Of a stretch of DNA of 64,000 bases, positions 21,254-31,926 are shown piece after piece. Under the pieces are notes generated by a model. That model searched no databases, was not told the origin of the DNA, and saw nothing but the letters and a program-made list of their open reading frames with translations. Position numbers and translations under genes: made by a program. Origin of the DNA: Escherichia coli (lineage in GTDB: Bacteria > Pseudomonadota > Gammaproteobacteria > Enterobacterales > Enterobacteriaceae); assembly GCF_003334785.1 (NCBI RefSeq), contig NZ_QOWV01000009.1; one strand, given 5' to 3'. Position 1 is the first letter of the stretch; each line of letters opens with the position of its first letter.

Positions 21254-22474
21254 ATGGCAATGAGTGAACAACCCCAGCCTGTGGCGGGCGCGGCTGCGTC
21301 AACGACCAAGGCCCGAACATCGTTTGGTATTTTAGGTGCTATCAGCCTCTCACATCTGCTGAACGACATGATCCAATCGCTGATTCTGGCGATTTATCCG
21401 CTGCTTCAGTCAGAATTTTCTCTGACATTTATGCAGATTGGCATGATAACCCTCACCTTCCAGCTCGCCTCTTCGCTACTGCAACCAGTGGTCGGCTACT
21501 GGACCGATAAATATCCGATGCCATGGTCGTTGCCAATTGGCATGTGCTTTACCTTAAGCGGTCTGGTGCTGCTTGCGCTGGCGGGCAGTTTTGGCGCAGT
21601 TCTGCTGGCGGCGGCGCTGGTCGGTACCGGTTCATCGGTCTTTCATCCGGAATCTTCTCGCGTGGCCCGTATGGCTTCCGGCGGGCGGCATGGCCTGGCG
21701 CAATCTATCTTTCAGGTCGGCGGCAACTTTGGCAGTTCCCTGGGACCCTTGCTGGCGGCGGTGATTATCGCGCCTTATGGCAAAGGCAACGTTGCCTGGT
21801 TTGTGCTTGCGGCACTGCTGGCGATCGTGGTGTTGGCGCAAATCAGCCGTTGGTACTCGGCACAGCACCGAATGAATAAAGGAAAACCCAAAGCGACGAT
21901 TATCAATCCACTGCCGCGCAATAAAGTTGTACTGGCGGTCAGCATTCTGTTAATCCTCATTTTCTCGAAATATTTCTATATGGCGAGCATCAGCAGCTAT
22001 TACACCTTTTATCTGATGCAAAAATTCGGATTATCTATCCAGAATGCTCAGCTTCATCTGTTTGCCTTCCTGTTTGCCGTTGCGGCAGGTACGGTGATCG
22101 GCGGGCCTGTAGGGGATAAAATTGGGCGGAAATATGTGATTTGGGGCTCTATCCTCGGCGTTGCGCCGTTTACGCTGATTTTACCCTACGCCAGCCTGCA
22201 CTGGACGGGGGTTTTAACGGTGATTATTGGATTTATCCTCGCTTCGGCATTCTCTGCCATTCTGGTCTACGCTCAGGAGCTGCTTCCAGGACGTATCGGT
22301 ATGGTTTCTGGACTCTTTTTCGGTTTTGCTTTTGGCATGGGAGGTCTGGGAGCGGCAGTTCTGGGGCTTATCGCCGATCACACCAGCATCGAGTTAGTCT
22401 ATAAAATCTGTGCTTTCCTGCCACTATTGGGGATGTTGACCATATTCCTGCCTGATAACCGGCATAAAGACTGA
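21254..22474 (+). CDS. fsr: MFS transporter, fosmidomycin resistance protein
   Basis: 406-aa 12-TM MFS-type protein. Confidence 0.88.
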   Translation: MAMSEQPQPVAGAAASTTKARTSFGILGAISLSHLLNDMIQSLILAIYPLLQSEFSLTFMQIGMITLTFQLASSLLQPVVGYWTDKYPMPWSLPIGMCFTLSGLVLLALAGSFGAVLLAAALVGTGSSVFHPESSRVARMASGGRHGLAQSIFQVGGNFGSSLGPLLAAVIIAPYGKGNVAWFVLAALLAIVVLAQISRWYSAQHRMNKGKPKATIINPLPRNKVVLAVSILLILIFSKYFYMASISSYYTFYLMQKFGLSIQNAQLHLFAFLFAVAAGTVIGGPVGDKIGRKYVIWGSILGVAPFTLILPYASLHWTGVLTVIIGFILASAFSAILVYAQELLPGRIGMVSGLFFGFAFGMGGLGAAVLGLIADHTSIELVYKICAFLPLLGMLTIFLPDNRHKD

Positions 22475-22481
22475 TTTCATT

Positions 22482-22515
22482 GCAGCCAAAGGCAAACTTT
22501 GGCTGCATCGTTTTA
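22482..22515 (+). terminator. Terminator downstream of fsr
   Basis: GCAGCCAAAG-gcaaa-CTTTGGCTGC then ATCGTTTTA. Confidence 0.6.
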
Positions 22516-22711
22516 CAGTCGCCATAAGCCTTTCCTCTGTTAAACCGCCTTCTGTTTTCCGATCCGTGCTTTTTTTGCAGCTAATTCCATTTTTCTGCAA
22601 AATTCAATAATTATTCATGAACATCATCAATGAAATTGTCATAAACTATTACCTGTAATTTTGGTTTTCCCGGCCAAAAATGGACAATAACCACCAGGAA
22701 AAGGAGACGGA

Positions 22712-24388
22712 ATGCATCACGCCACCCCGCTTATCACCACCATTGTTGGCGGCCTTGTGCTCGCCTTTATCCTCGGCATGCTGGCCAATAAACTACGTAT
22801 TTCTCCTCTGGTGGGATATCTGTTAGCGGGTGTGCTGGCAGGACCATTCACTCCGGGCTTTGTTGCCGATACCAAGCTTGCCCCGGAACTGGCTGAACTG
22901 GGCGTCATTCTGTTGATGTTTGGCGTCGGTTTGCACTTTTCGCTGAAGGATTTGATGGCGGTAAAGGCCATCGCCATTCCCGGTGCGATCGCCCAGATAG
23001 CCGTGGCGACGCTGCTGGGTATGGCGCTCTCTGCCGTGCTGGGCTGGTCGTTAATGACCGGTATCGTGTTCGGTTTATGTCTTTCCACCGCCAGTACCGT
23101 GGTGTTACTGCGCGCACTTGAAGAACGGCAATTAATTGACAGTCAGCGTGGGCAAATCGCCATCGGTTGGTTGATTGTGGAAGACCTGGTAATGGTTCTG
23201 ACGCTGGTGTTGCTGCCCGCAGTGGCAGGAATGATGGAACAGGGCGATGTGGGCTTTGCCACTCTTGCAGTCGATATGGGGATCACCATCGGCAAAGTGA
23301 TCGCATTTATCGCCATTATGATGCTGGTAGGTCGCCGTCTGGTGCCGTGGATTATGGCACGCAGCGCGGCAACCGGTTCTCGCGAGCTGTTTACCCTGTC
23401 GGTGCTGGCGCTGGCGTTAGGGGTTGCCTTTGGTGCGGTAGAGCTGTTTGATGTCTCCTTTGCACTCGGTGCGTTCTTTGCCGGGATGGTACTGAACGAG
23501 TCTGAACTGAGTCACCGTGCCGCCCACGATACGCTGCCATTGCGCGACGCGTTTGCGGTGCTGTTTTTTGTCTCCGTCGGGATGTTGTTTGATCCGTTAA
23601 TTCTGATTCAGCAACCGCTGGCAGTGCTGGCGACGCTGGCGATTATTCTGTTTGGTAAGTCGTTAGCCGCATTTTTCCTGGTGCGACTGTTTGGTCACTC
23701 CCAACGTACGGCATTAACCATCGCCGCCAGCCTGGCGCAGATTGGTGAGTTCGCGTTTATCCTGGCGGGACTGGGAATGGCATTGAATTTACTGCCGCAG
23801 GCCGGACAAAACCTGGTACTGGCAGGGGCGATCCTGTCGATTATGCTCAACCCGGTACTGTTCGCACTACTGGAGAAATATCTGGCGAAGACCGAAACGC
23901 TGGAAGAGCAGACGCTGGAAGAGGCAATCGAAGAAGAGAAGCAGATCCCAGTGGATATTTGCAACCATGCGCTACTGGTGGGTTACGGTCGTGTAGGCAG
24001 CCTGCTGGGGGAGAAATTGCTCGCCTCTGATATTCCGCTGGTGGTGATTGAGACGTCACGAACCCGTGTTGATGAGCTGCGAGAGCGCGGGGTCCGCGCA
24101 GTATTGGGCAATGCGGCGAACGAAGAAATTATGCAACTGGCGCATCTGGAATGTGCAAAATGGCTGATCCTGACGATTCCCAACGGTTATGAAGCGGGTG
24201 AGATTGTGGCATCTGCCCGCGCGAAAAATCCGGATATTGAGATTATTGCCCGCGCCCATTATGACGATGAAGTGGCGTATATCACCGAACGTGGTGCGAA
24301 TCAGGTAGTGATGGGCGAGCGTGAAATCGCCCGTACCATGCTGGAACTGCTGGAAACGCCACCGGCGGGTGAGGTGGTGACGGGGTAA
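22712..24388 (+). CDS. ybaL: CPA2-family monovalent cation:proton antiporter with C-terminal TrkA-N (RCK) domain
   Basis: Membrane domain followed by NAD-binding GYGRVGS motif. Confidence 0.9.
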   Translation: MHHATPLITTIVGGLVLAFILGMLANKLRISPLVGYLLAGVLAGPFTPGFVADTKLAPELAELGVILLMFGVGLHFSLKDLMAVKAIAIPGAIAQIAVATLLGMALSAVLGWSLMTGIVFGLCLSTASTVVLLRALEERQLIDSQRGQIAIGWLIVEDLVMVLTLVLLPAVAGMMEQGDVGFATLAVDMGITIGKVIAFIAIMMLVGRRLVPWIMARSAATGSRELFTLSVLALALGVAFGAVELFDVSFALGAFFAGMVLNESELSHRAAHDTLPLRDAFAVLFFVSVGMLFDPLILIQQPLAVLATLAIILFGKSLAAFFLVRLFGHSQRTALTIAASLAQIGEFAFILAGLGMALNLLPQAGQNLVLAGAILSIMLNPVLFALLEKYLAKTETLEEQTLEEAIEEEKQIPVDICNHALLVGYGRVGSLLGEKLLASDIPLVVIETSRTRVDELRERGVRAVLGNAANEEIMQLAHLECAKWLILTIPNGYEAGEIVASARAKNPDIEIIARAHYDDEVAYITERGANQVVMGEREIARTMLELLETPPAGEVVTG

Positions 24389-24421
24389 ACGGTGGTTGCC
24401 GGATGTAAAATATGAAAAATA

Positions 24422-24505
24422 TGTAGGCATGATAAGACGCGCCAGCGTCGCATCAGGCATCGAGAGCCAAATGCCAGATGCGGCGTGAACGCCTTATCTG
24501 GCCTA
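24422..24505. repeat. REP pair (BIME) between ybaL and gsk
   Basis: GTAGGCATGATAAGACGCGCCAGCGTCGCATCAGGCA ... GATGCGGCGTGAACGCCTTATCTGGCCTAC. Confidence 0.85.
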
Positions 24506-24520
24506 CGAACCGACGATAAC

Positions 24521-25825
24521 TTAACGATCCCAGTAAGACTCTTCCAGGCTGTCTTCACGCTCCGGCAAGCCGCGCGTTAAACGAGGTGAATGCTGGTTCA
24601 GTACCTGATAGCTCACACGGTTAGCATATTTACACACCTGCGCTAACGATGAATAAGTTAACCAGGTGAATTTATGTTTGCTGGAGTTTGGTACGTTGCT
24701 ACGATGGTAGCTGTTGGCGGTAATGTCATGCAGCAACGCTGCCAATGCGCCATCCCCCGCTCCATTAGTGTTCATGATTTTTTCCGGCCCGCCCATGTAC
24801 GGCGCAATGTGCGAATATACACGCAGCGGATTCTGGCAATCCTTGTGGCGCATGGCGCGGCTAAACTCATACTGGTTGAATTCCGCTATAGCGCCCGGCA
24901 GCAGCGGATGCTGGGTTTTACGTTTCGCTTCGTCTTCGGTAAAGCCCGCCATATACAAGCCGATTGGCCCGGCGGTGCACAGCACCAGATCTACCCAGTC
25001 CAGCGCCTTGTCAGATGCCAACAACGGATCGCTTTCTCCGGTCAACGCTTCGGCTTCATCTTCGTTCATCGCAAGGATAGAGACGTGATCTTTGAGGAAT
25101 TGCTGCCACCACTGCGGATTCTCGGCAATGACAAACTTGGTGCCCAGCGTCAGCACCACCGGTACGTTATATTTCTTCGCGTACTCAATGGCTTTCATGG
25201 TTGCTTCCGGCATGGGTTCACCCGGCTTGCAACGCACCAGATATGAGGTGAGAACCAGTGCCGAGGCTCCGGCAATCACATCTTCCGGAATGCTTTCAGC
25301 CCGCAGCTGGTTCATGTGGCCTGGACTGATAGCAAAGGTACGTTCCCCGGACTCGCCAATCAGCGTAAAGCAACGACCAATCGGGCCATCCACGCCTTGT
25401 AGATAGTTAAGATCGGTACGGCTGGAAGTGTTACACAGGTAACGATAGGCATAACTGCCAATTTCAATATTGCTGCACATGACGCCCAGCAGCACCGAAC
25501 GGTCGTCCGCGAGCACCGAGTAGTTGTGCATGGTGTTACCAATGGTGCCACCCGCAAACTGATGGGTAATCAGGTTTTTCTGTTTTAGTTCCTGATAAAG
25601 CGCTTCGGCTACATCATCCTCAATCACCAGTGAATGCCCGGCGCTTAATCCATAACGCTCAATAAATTCATCATCCACTTTCGCTTCAATATCGACCAGC
25701 GTTTGATCGATACCCACTACCCAGGCAGCGCTGGTTTCGTTTTCTGGCTGGAATTGCTGAAGCAGCGGATCGCGTGCGTTTACGGGGAAGTAATGTTTGG
25801 ATTTACGTTTACCGGGAAATTTCAT
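24521..25825 (-). CDS. gsk: Inosine-guanosine kinase
   Basis: 434 aa, PfkB/ribokinase-like carbohydrate kinase fold. Confidence 0.9.
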   Translation of the reverse strand: MKFPGKRKSKHYFPVNARDPLLQQFQPENETSAAWVVGIDQTLVDIEAKVDDEFIERYGLSAGHSLVIEDDVAEALYQELKQKNLITHQFAGGTIGNTMHNYSVLADDRSVLLGVMCSNIEIGSYAYRYLCNTSSRTDLNYLQGVDGPIGRCFTLIGESGERTFAISPGHMNQLRAESIPEDVIAGASALVLTSYLVRCKPGEPMPEATMKAIEYAKKYNVPVVLTLGTKFVIAENPQWWQQFLKDHVSILAMNEDEAEALTGESDPLLASDKALDWVDLVLCTAGPIGLYMAGFTEDEAKRKTQHPLLPGAIAEFNQYEFSRAMRHKDCQNPLRVYSHIAPYMGGPEKIMNTNGAGDGALAALLHDITANSYHRSNVPNSSKHKFTWLTYSSLAQVCKYANRVSYQVLNQHSPRLTRGLPEREDSLEESYWDR

Positions 25826-25976
25826 GGTTGTTTTTACGGGTGGTTAACTGAGCGGCGAATGTTAACACAATCTGACGGGAGCGCGCGAGACGCAGCCAGT
25901 TTCAATATCAGCAGGCGGGATCGCATTTTCATGGCAGTGGTTCCTTACAATGACGTAATTTGAAAGGAGTTTTTGT

Positions 25977-26936
25977 ATGAAGCCGGAAAACAAACTACCT
26001 GTTCTGGACCTTATTTCTGCTGAAATGAAGACCGTTGTGAATACTCTTCAGCCGGATTTACCGCCCTGGCCCGCAACGGGAACGATTGCTGAGCAACGAC
26101 AGTATTACACGCTTGAGCGCCGATTCTGGAATGCGGGCGCTCCAGAAATGGCAACCAGAGCTTACATGGTTCCAACAAAATATGGGCAGGTGGAAACACG
26201 TCTCTTTTGTCCGCAGCCAGATAGCCCAGCGACGCTATTTTATTTGCATGGAGGCGGTTTTATTCTCGGCAATCTCGATACCCACGATCGCATCATGCGC
26301 CTGCTGGCAAGCTACAGCCAATGTACGGTGATTGGTATTGATTACACCCTTTCACCTGAAGCGCGTTTTCCGCAAGCGATAGAGGAAATTGTGGCTGCTT
26401 GTTGTTATTTCCACCAGCAGGCGGAGGATTATCAAATCAATATGTCCCGCATTGGCTTTGCCGGTGATTCCGCAGGTGCCATGCTGGCGCTCGCCAGTGC
26501 GTTGTGGTTGCGTGATAAACAGATCGATTGCGGTAAAGTTGCGGGCGTTTTGCTGTGGTATGGGCTTTACGGATTACGGGATTCCGTGACTCGTCGTCTG
26601 TTGGGCGGTGTCTGGGATGGCTTAACGCAACAGGATTTGCAGATGTACGAAGAGGCATATTTAAGCAACGACGCGGACCGCGAGTCGCCGTATTACTGTC
26701 TGTTTAATAATGATCTCACTCGCGAAGTTCCGCCCTGTTTTATTGCCGGGGCGGAGTTCGATCCGCTGCTGGATGACAGCCGTCTGCTTTACCAGACGTT
26801 AGCGGCGCATCAGCAGCCCTGTGAGTTCAAACTCTACCCAGGCACGCTGCACGCCTTTTTGCATTATTCACGGATGATGAAAACCGCCGACGAGGCTCTT
26901 CGCGACGGCGCTCAGTTCTTTACCGCTCAGCTTTAG
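25977..26936 (+). CDS. aes: Acetyl esterase (HSL-family alpha/beta hydrolase)
   Basis: HGGGF oxyanion motif and GDSAGA nucleophile elbow. Confidence 0.93.
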
Positions 26937-27895
26937 CGATACGCGGCAACAAGATTAGCCATCATTTCGATATGTTCCGGCGTGGCATTAAGCGCCGGAA
27001 TATATTCATATTTTTTCCCGCCGGCACCGAGGAAGACCTCACGGTTTTGCTCGGCAATCTCTTCCAGCGTCTCCAGACAATCCGCAGCAAAGCCCGGGCA
27101 CATCACCTGAATATGACCTACGCCTTTTTCTCCGAGCATTTTCAGCGTTTCGTCGGTATAAGGCATCAGCCAGGGTTCCCGACCAAAGCGCGACTGAAAG
27201 GTCATCATCACTTTTTCCGGTGCCATCCCCAATGCGGAAGCCAGTTCACGAGTCGTTGTGCGGCAACGTTGCGGGTAATCATCGCCTTCATCTGCATAAC
27301 GCTGGGGAATGCCATGATAAGAGAGCAGTAGCAGATCCGGTTCGCCATGTTTGGCAAAAGAAGCGCGTACGCTGTTCGCCAGTGCATTAATGTAATCGTG
27401 GTTATCGGCGTAATCACGTATAAACGATATCCCCGGAATGCTACGTTTGCGCGCCAGAATGCGTGCCAGTTCATCCCATACCGCACCGACCGTAGAACAG
27501 GAGAATTGCGGATAAAGCGGCAGCACCACAATATGATCTACATGCTCTGCCAGGAGTTCATCTACGGCGCTTTCCAGTGATGGCGAGCCGTAGCTCATTC
27601 CCAGCGCTACGGGCATCTCCGGTAAACGTTGTGCCAGCGCCTGCTGTTGCTGGCGGCTGTAAACCATCAGCGGCGAGCCACCTTCCATCCAGACAGAGGC
27701 ATACAGCTTCGCCACACGCGGCGAGCGCAGCGGCAAAATCACGCCGCGCAGCAATGGCCACCATAACAACCGTGAGGTATCAACCACGCGTCTGTCGCTT
27801 AAAAATTGTTTCAGATAGCGTTTTACCGCTTCAGGTGTGGGGGCATCGGGCGTACCCAGGTTTGCCAGCAGGATACCGGTTTTAGTCTGACGCAT
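26933..27895 (-). CDS. hemH: Ferrochelatase
   Basis: 320-aa ferrochelatase; 3' end overlaps aes stop convergently. Confidence 0.92.
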
Positions 27896-28130
27896 TACCG
27901 CCTCTTATCGATTCAACTTGTTGATAATTGTAGCGGAAAAGTGAGGAAGAAGAACTAATTGCTGTGAGAGGTCAAATCAGAAAAAGGAATAGCGCAGATT
28001 GAGGTTTTTGTAAAAGGCCGAATGAATATCCGGCCTGAGATTGCTGATAAGTTTGCTTGTGCGGGCCTGTTCCCCTCACCCTAACCCTCTCCCCGAGGGG
28101 GCGAGGGGACTGTCCGTGCGCGCTTTCGAA

Positions 28131-28847
<717 letters not shown>

Positions 28848-28911
28848 TCAAGAAAGGCACCTGGGGCTGAAACGGTTAATGGCGAGATAATTTGCGGAAA
28901 GTGCAGATGAT

Positions 28912-28949
28912 GAAAAGAAAAATGCCGGATGACACGAAGGTCATCCGGC
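28912..28949 (-). terminator. Intrinsic terminator downstream of htpG
   Basis: Minus-strand hairpin GCCGGATGAC-cttcgt-GTCATCCGGC followed by ATTTTTCTTTTC. Confidence 0.7.
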
Positions 28950-28955
28950 ATTACA

Positions 28956-30830
28956 TCAGGAAACCAGCAGCTGGTTCATACGACGAATAAACAGGTTCGG
29001 ATCTTCCAGCGTGCCGCGTTCTGCCAGCAGCGCCTGATCCAGCAGCAGTTCTACCCACTCGCTGAACTTCGCTTCATCTTCAGTATCTGCCGCACGTTTC
29101 ACCAGTACGTGATCCGGGTTCAGTTCGAAGATGTATTTCACTTCTGGCACTTTCTGGCCCGCCGCAGCGAACAGTTTCGCCATCTGAGTGCTCATTTCGT
29201 CCGCGTCGGTCGAAACGATCGCTGGCGTATCGGTCAGACGGTGAGTCAGACGGACATCTTTCACGCGCTCGCCGAGCAGGGCTTTCACACGGTCGATGAA
29301 CGGAGTCAGTGCTTTCTCCGCTTCTTTCGCGCTCTCATCAACTTCGTCAGCCAGTTTTTCAAGCGACTCGTCAACTTTAGACACCGACTGGAACGGTTTA
29401 CCGTCGAACTCAGTCAGATAGTTCATCATCCACTCATCGATGCGGTCGGAAAGCAGCAGAACTTCGATGCCTTTCTTACGCAGCAGTTCCAGGTGCGGGC
29501 TGCTCTTCGCTGCCGCATAGCTGTCTGCGGTGATGTAGTAGATTTTCTCCTGCCCTTCTTTCATGCGGGAAACGTAGTCTTCCAGAGATACGGTCTGCGC
29601 AGAAGAATCGGTATGGGTAGAAGCAAAACGCAGCAGTTTGGCGATCGCTTCCTGGTTAGCGAAATCTTCCGCCGGACCTTCTTTCAGTACCAGGCCAAAC
29701 TGTTGCCAGAAGGTCTGGTATTTTTCCGCGTCGTCTTTCGCCAGTTTTTCCAGCATTTGCAGCACACGCTTGGTCAGCGCATTGCGCAGGTTACGCGTTA
29801 CCGTGCTGTCCTGGAGGATTTCACGGGAAACGTTCAGCGGCAGATCGCTGGAGTCAATCAGACCACGCACGAAGCGCAGATAGTTCGGCATGAACTGTTC
29901 TGCGTCGTCCATGATGAACACACGCTGAACATACAGTTTCAGGCCGTGTTTATGATCGCGGTTCCACATATCCCACGGAGCCTGGGACGGGATGTACAGC
30001 AGGCTGGTGTACTCCTGCTTACCTTCAACACGGTTGTGGCTCCAGGTCAGCGGATCATTAAAGTCGTGGGCGATGTGTTTGTAGAACTCTTTGTACTCTT
30101 CATCGGTGATTTCCGACTTGTTACGAGTCCACAGCGCCTGCGCTTTGTTGATTTTCTCCCAGGAGATAACGGTTTCGCCGTCTTTCTCTTCGCGTTTTTC
30201 GATCTCTACCGGCAGCGCGATATGGTCGGAGTATTTGCTGATGATGGAACGCACGCGCCAGTCATCGAGGAACTCGTCTTCGCCTTCACGCAGATGCAGG
30301 GTGATTTCAGTACCACGATCTTCTTTGGTGATGTCGGCAACGGTGTATTCACCTTCGCCAGCCGATTCCCAGAAGACGCCATTTTCTGGTTTTTCGCCTG
30401 CCGCGCGAGTACGCACGGTCACTTTGTCGGCCACGATAAACGCAGAGTAGAAACCAACACCAAACTGACCGATCAGCTGGCTGTCTTTCGCCTGGTCAGA
30501 ACCCAGGGATTCGAGGAATGATTTGGTACCGGATTTAGCGATAGTCCCCAGATGGTCAATCACTTCGTCGCGGGTCATCCCCACGCCGTTATCGGAGATG
30601 GTCAGCGTACGCTTGTCTTTATCGAAAGAGACACGAACGCGTAGTTCGCCATCACCTTCGTACAGGTCCGGGTTAGAGAGCGCACGGAAACGCAGCTTGT
30701 CCGCCGCATCGGAGGCGTTAGAGATAAGCTCACGCAGGAAGATTTCTTTATTGGAATAGAGAGAATGGATCATCAGGTGCAGAAGCTGTTTCACTTCTGA
30801 CTGAAAACCACGAGTTTCTTGTCCTTTCAT
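28956..30830 (-). CDS. htpG: Hsp90-family molecular chaperone
   Basis: 624 aa; GHKL ATPase N-terminus (ELISNASDA) typical of Hsp90. Confidence 0.95.
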   Translation of the reverse strand: MKGQETRGFQSEVKQLLHLMIHSLYSNKEIFLRELISNASDAADKLRFRALSNPDLYEGDGELRVRVSFDKDKRTLTISDNGVGMTRDEVIDHLGTIAKSGTKSFLESLGSDQAKDSQLIGQFGVGFYSAFIVADKVTVRTRAAGEKPENGVFWESAGEGEYTVADITKEDRGTEITLHLREGEDEFLDDWRVRSIISKYSDHIALPVEIEKREEKDGETVISWEKINKAQALWTRNKSEITDEEYKEFYKHIAHDFNDPLTWSHNRVEGKQEYTSLLYIPSQAPWDMWNRDHKHGLKLYVQRVFIMDDAEQFMPNYLRFVRGLIDSSDLPLNVSREILQDSTVTRNLRNALTKRVLQMLEKLAKDDAEKYQTFWQQFGLVLKEGPAEDFANQEAIAKLLRFASTHTDSSAQTVSLEDYVSRMKEGQEKIYYITADSYAAAKSSPHLELLRKKGIEVLLLSDRIDEWMMNYLTEFDGKPFQSVSKVDESLEKLADEVDESAKEAEKALTPFIDRVKALLGERVKDVRLTHRLTDTPAIVSTDADEMSTQMAKLFAAAGQKVPEVKYIFELNPDHVLVKRAADTEDEAKFSEWVELLLDQALLAERGTLEDPNLFIRRMNQLLVS

Positions 30831-30881
30831 GTAGGTCTACCTCAATAATGCCATTTTAAGGTTAAAAACAGGATGTGGGAG

Positions 30882-30910
30882 AGATGGGGACAAGGGAGAA
30901 TAATTTCAAG
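30882..30910 (-). promoter_or_regulatory. sigma32 heat-shock promoter of htpG
   Basis: Minus strand CTTGAAA (-35), 14-nt spacer, CCCCATCT (-10), about 50 nt upstream of the htpG start. Confidence 0.6.
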
Positions 30911-30939
30911 CGAGAGCAGGTGATCCTGCTCTCGTTTGC

Positions 30940-31544
30940 TTAAAAACGAATCTTATGACGCCCGGCAAGGGAGTGTGACAACGTGGTGCCGTCGACCATT
31001 TCCAGCTCGCCGCCAACCGGAACGCCATGAGCGATTCGGCTGGCTTCCACGTCATATTGCGCGCAAAGCTCGGCAATGTAGTTAGCGGTAGCTTCACCTT
31101 CAACCGTGGGGTTGGTGGCGAGGATCACTTCAGTGATTTTTTCCTCTGCCAGACGCTGTTCCAGACGATCAAGCCCGATATCATCCGGACCGATGCCGTC
31201 CAGCGGTGACAGATGCCCCATCAACACAAAATAACGACCTGAAAACTGCCCCGTCTGCTCAATGGCGTAGATGTCCGCCGGACTCTCCACCACGCAGATT
31301 TGACCGTTTTCCTGACGACGCGGATTCGAACAGATGTTACAGACTTCCTGTTCGGTGAAAGTGCGGCAATCGGCGCAGTGGCCGATTTCCGACATCGCCC
31401 GGGTGAGCGCCTGCGCCAGACGCATCCCGCCGCTACGATCGCGCTGAAGCAGCGTGAACGCCATACGCTGCGCCGACTTCGGGCCAACGCCCGGCAGACA
31501 GCGCAGTGCTTCCATAAGCTGTGTTAACAGCGGGCTGGTTTGCA

Positions 31545-31545
<1 letters not shown>
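30940..31545 (-). CDS. recR: Recombination protein RecR
   Basis: 201 aa with C4 zinc finger (CxxC...CxxC) and Toprim domain; 1-nt overlap with ybaB. Confidence 0.93.
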
Positions 31546-31889
<344 letters not shown>

Positions 31890-31926
31890 TCACGTTAAGG
31901 ATGACGAACGTAAGCTGTGCTTACGA

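Noticed and set aside
28060-28130. GC-rich near-palindrome (CCCCTCACCCTAACCCTCTCCCCGAGGGGGCGAGGGG) between hemH and adk that might be a novel structured element
   Set aside because: Most simply explained as the adk terminator or a member of a known small intergenic repeat family. The stem is imperfect and I cannot tell by eye whether it is more than a terminator hairpin.
28929-30521. 530-aa plus-strand ORF, the longest unassigned ORF in the track
   Set aside because: It lies entirely antisense to htpG, whose product is unmistakably Hsp90. The translation is R/F/V-rich, low-complexity and has no recognisable motif. Long antisense open frames are a common artefact opposite highly expressed genes with strong codon bias.
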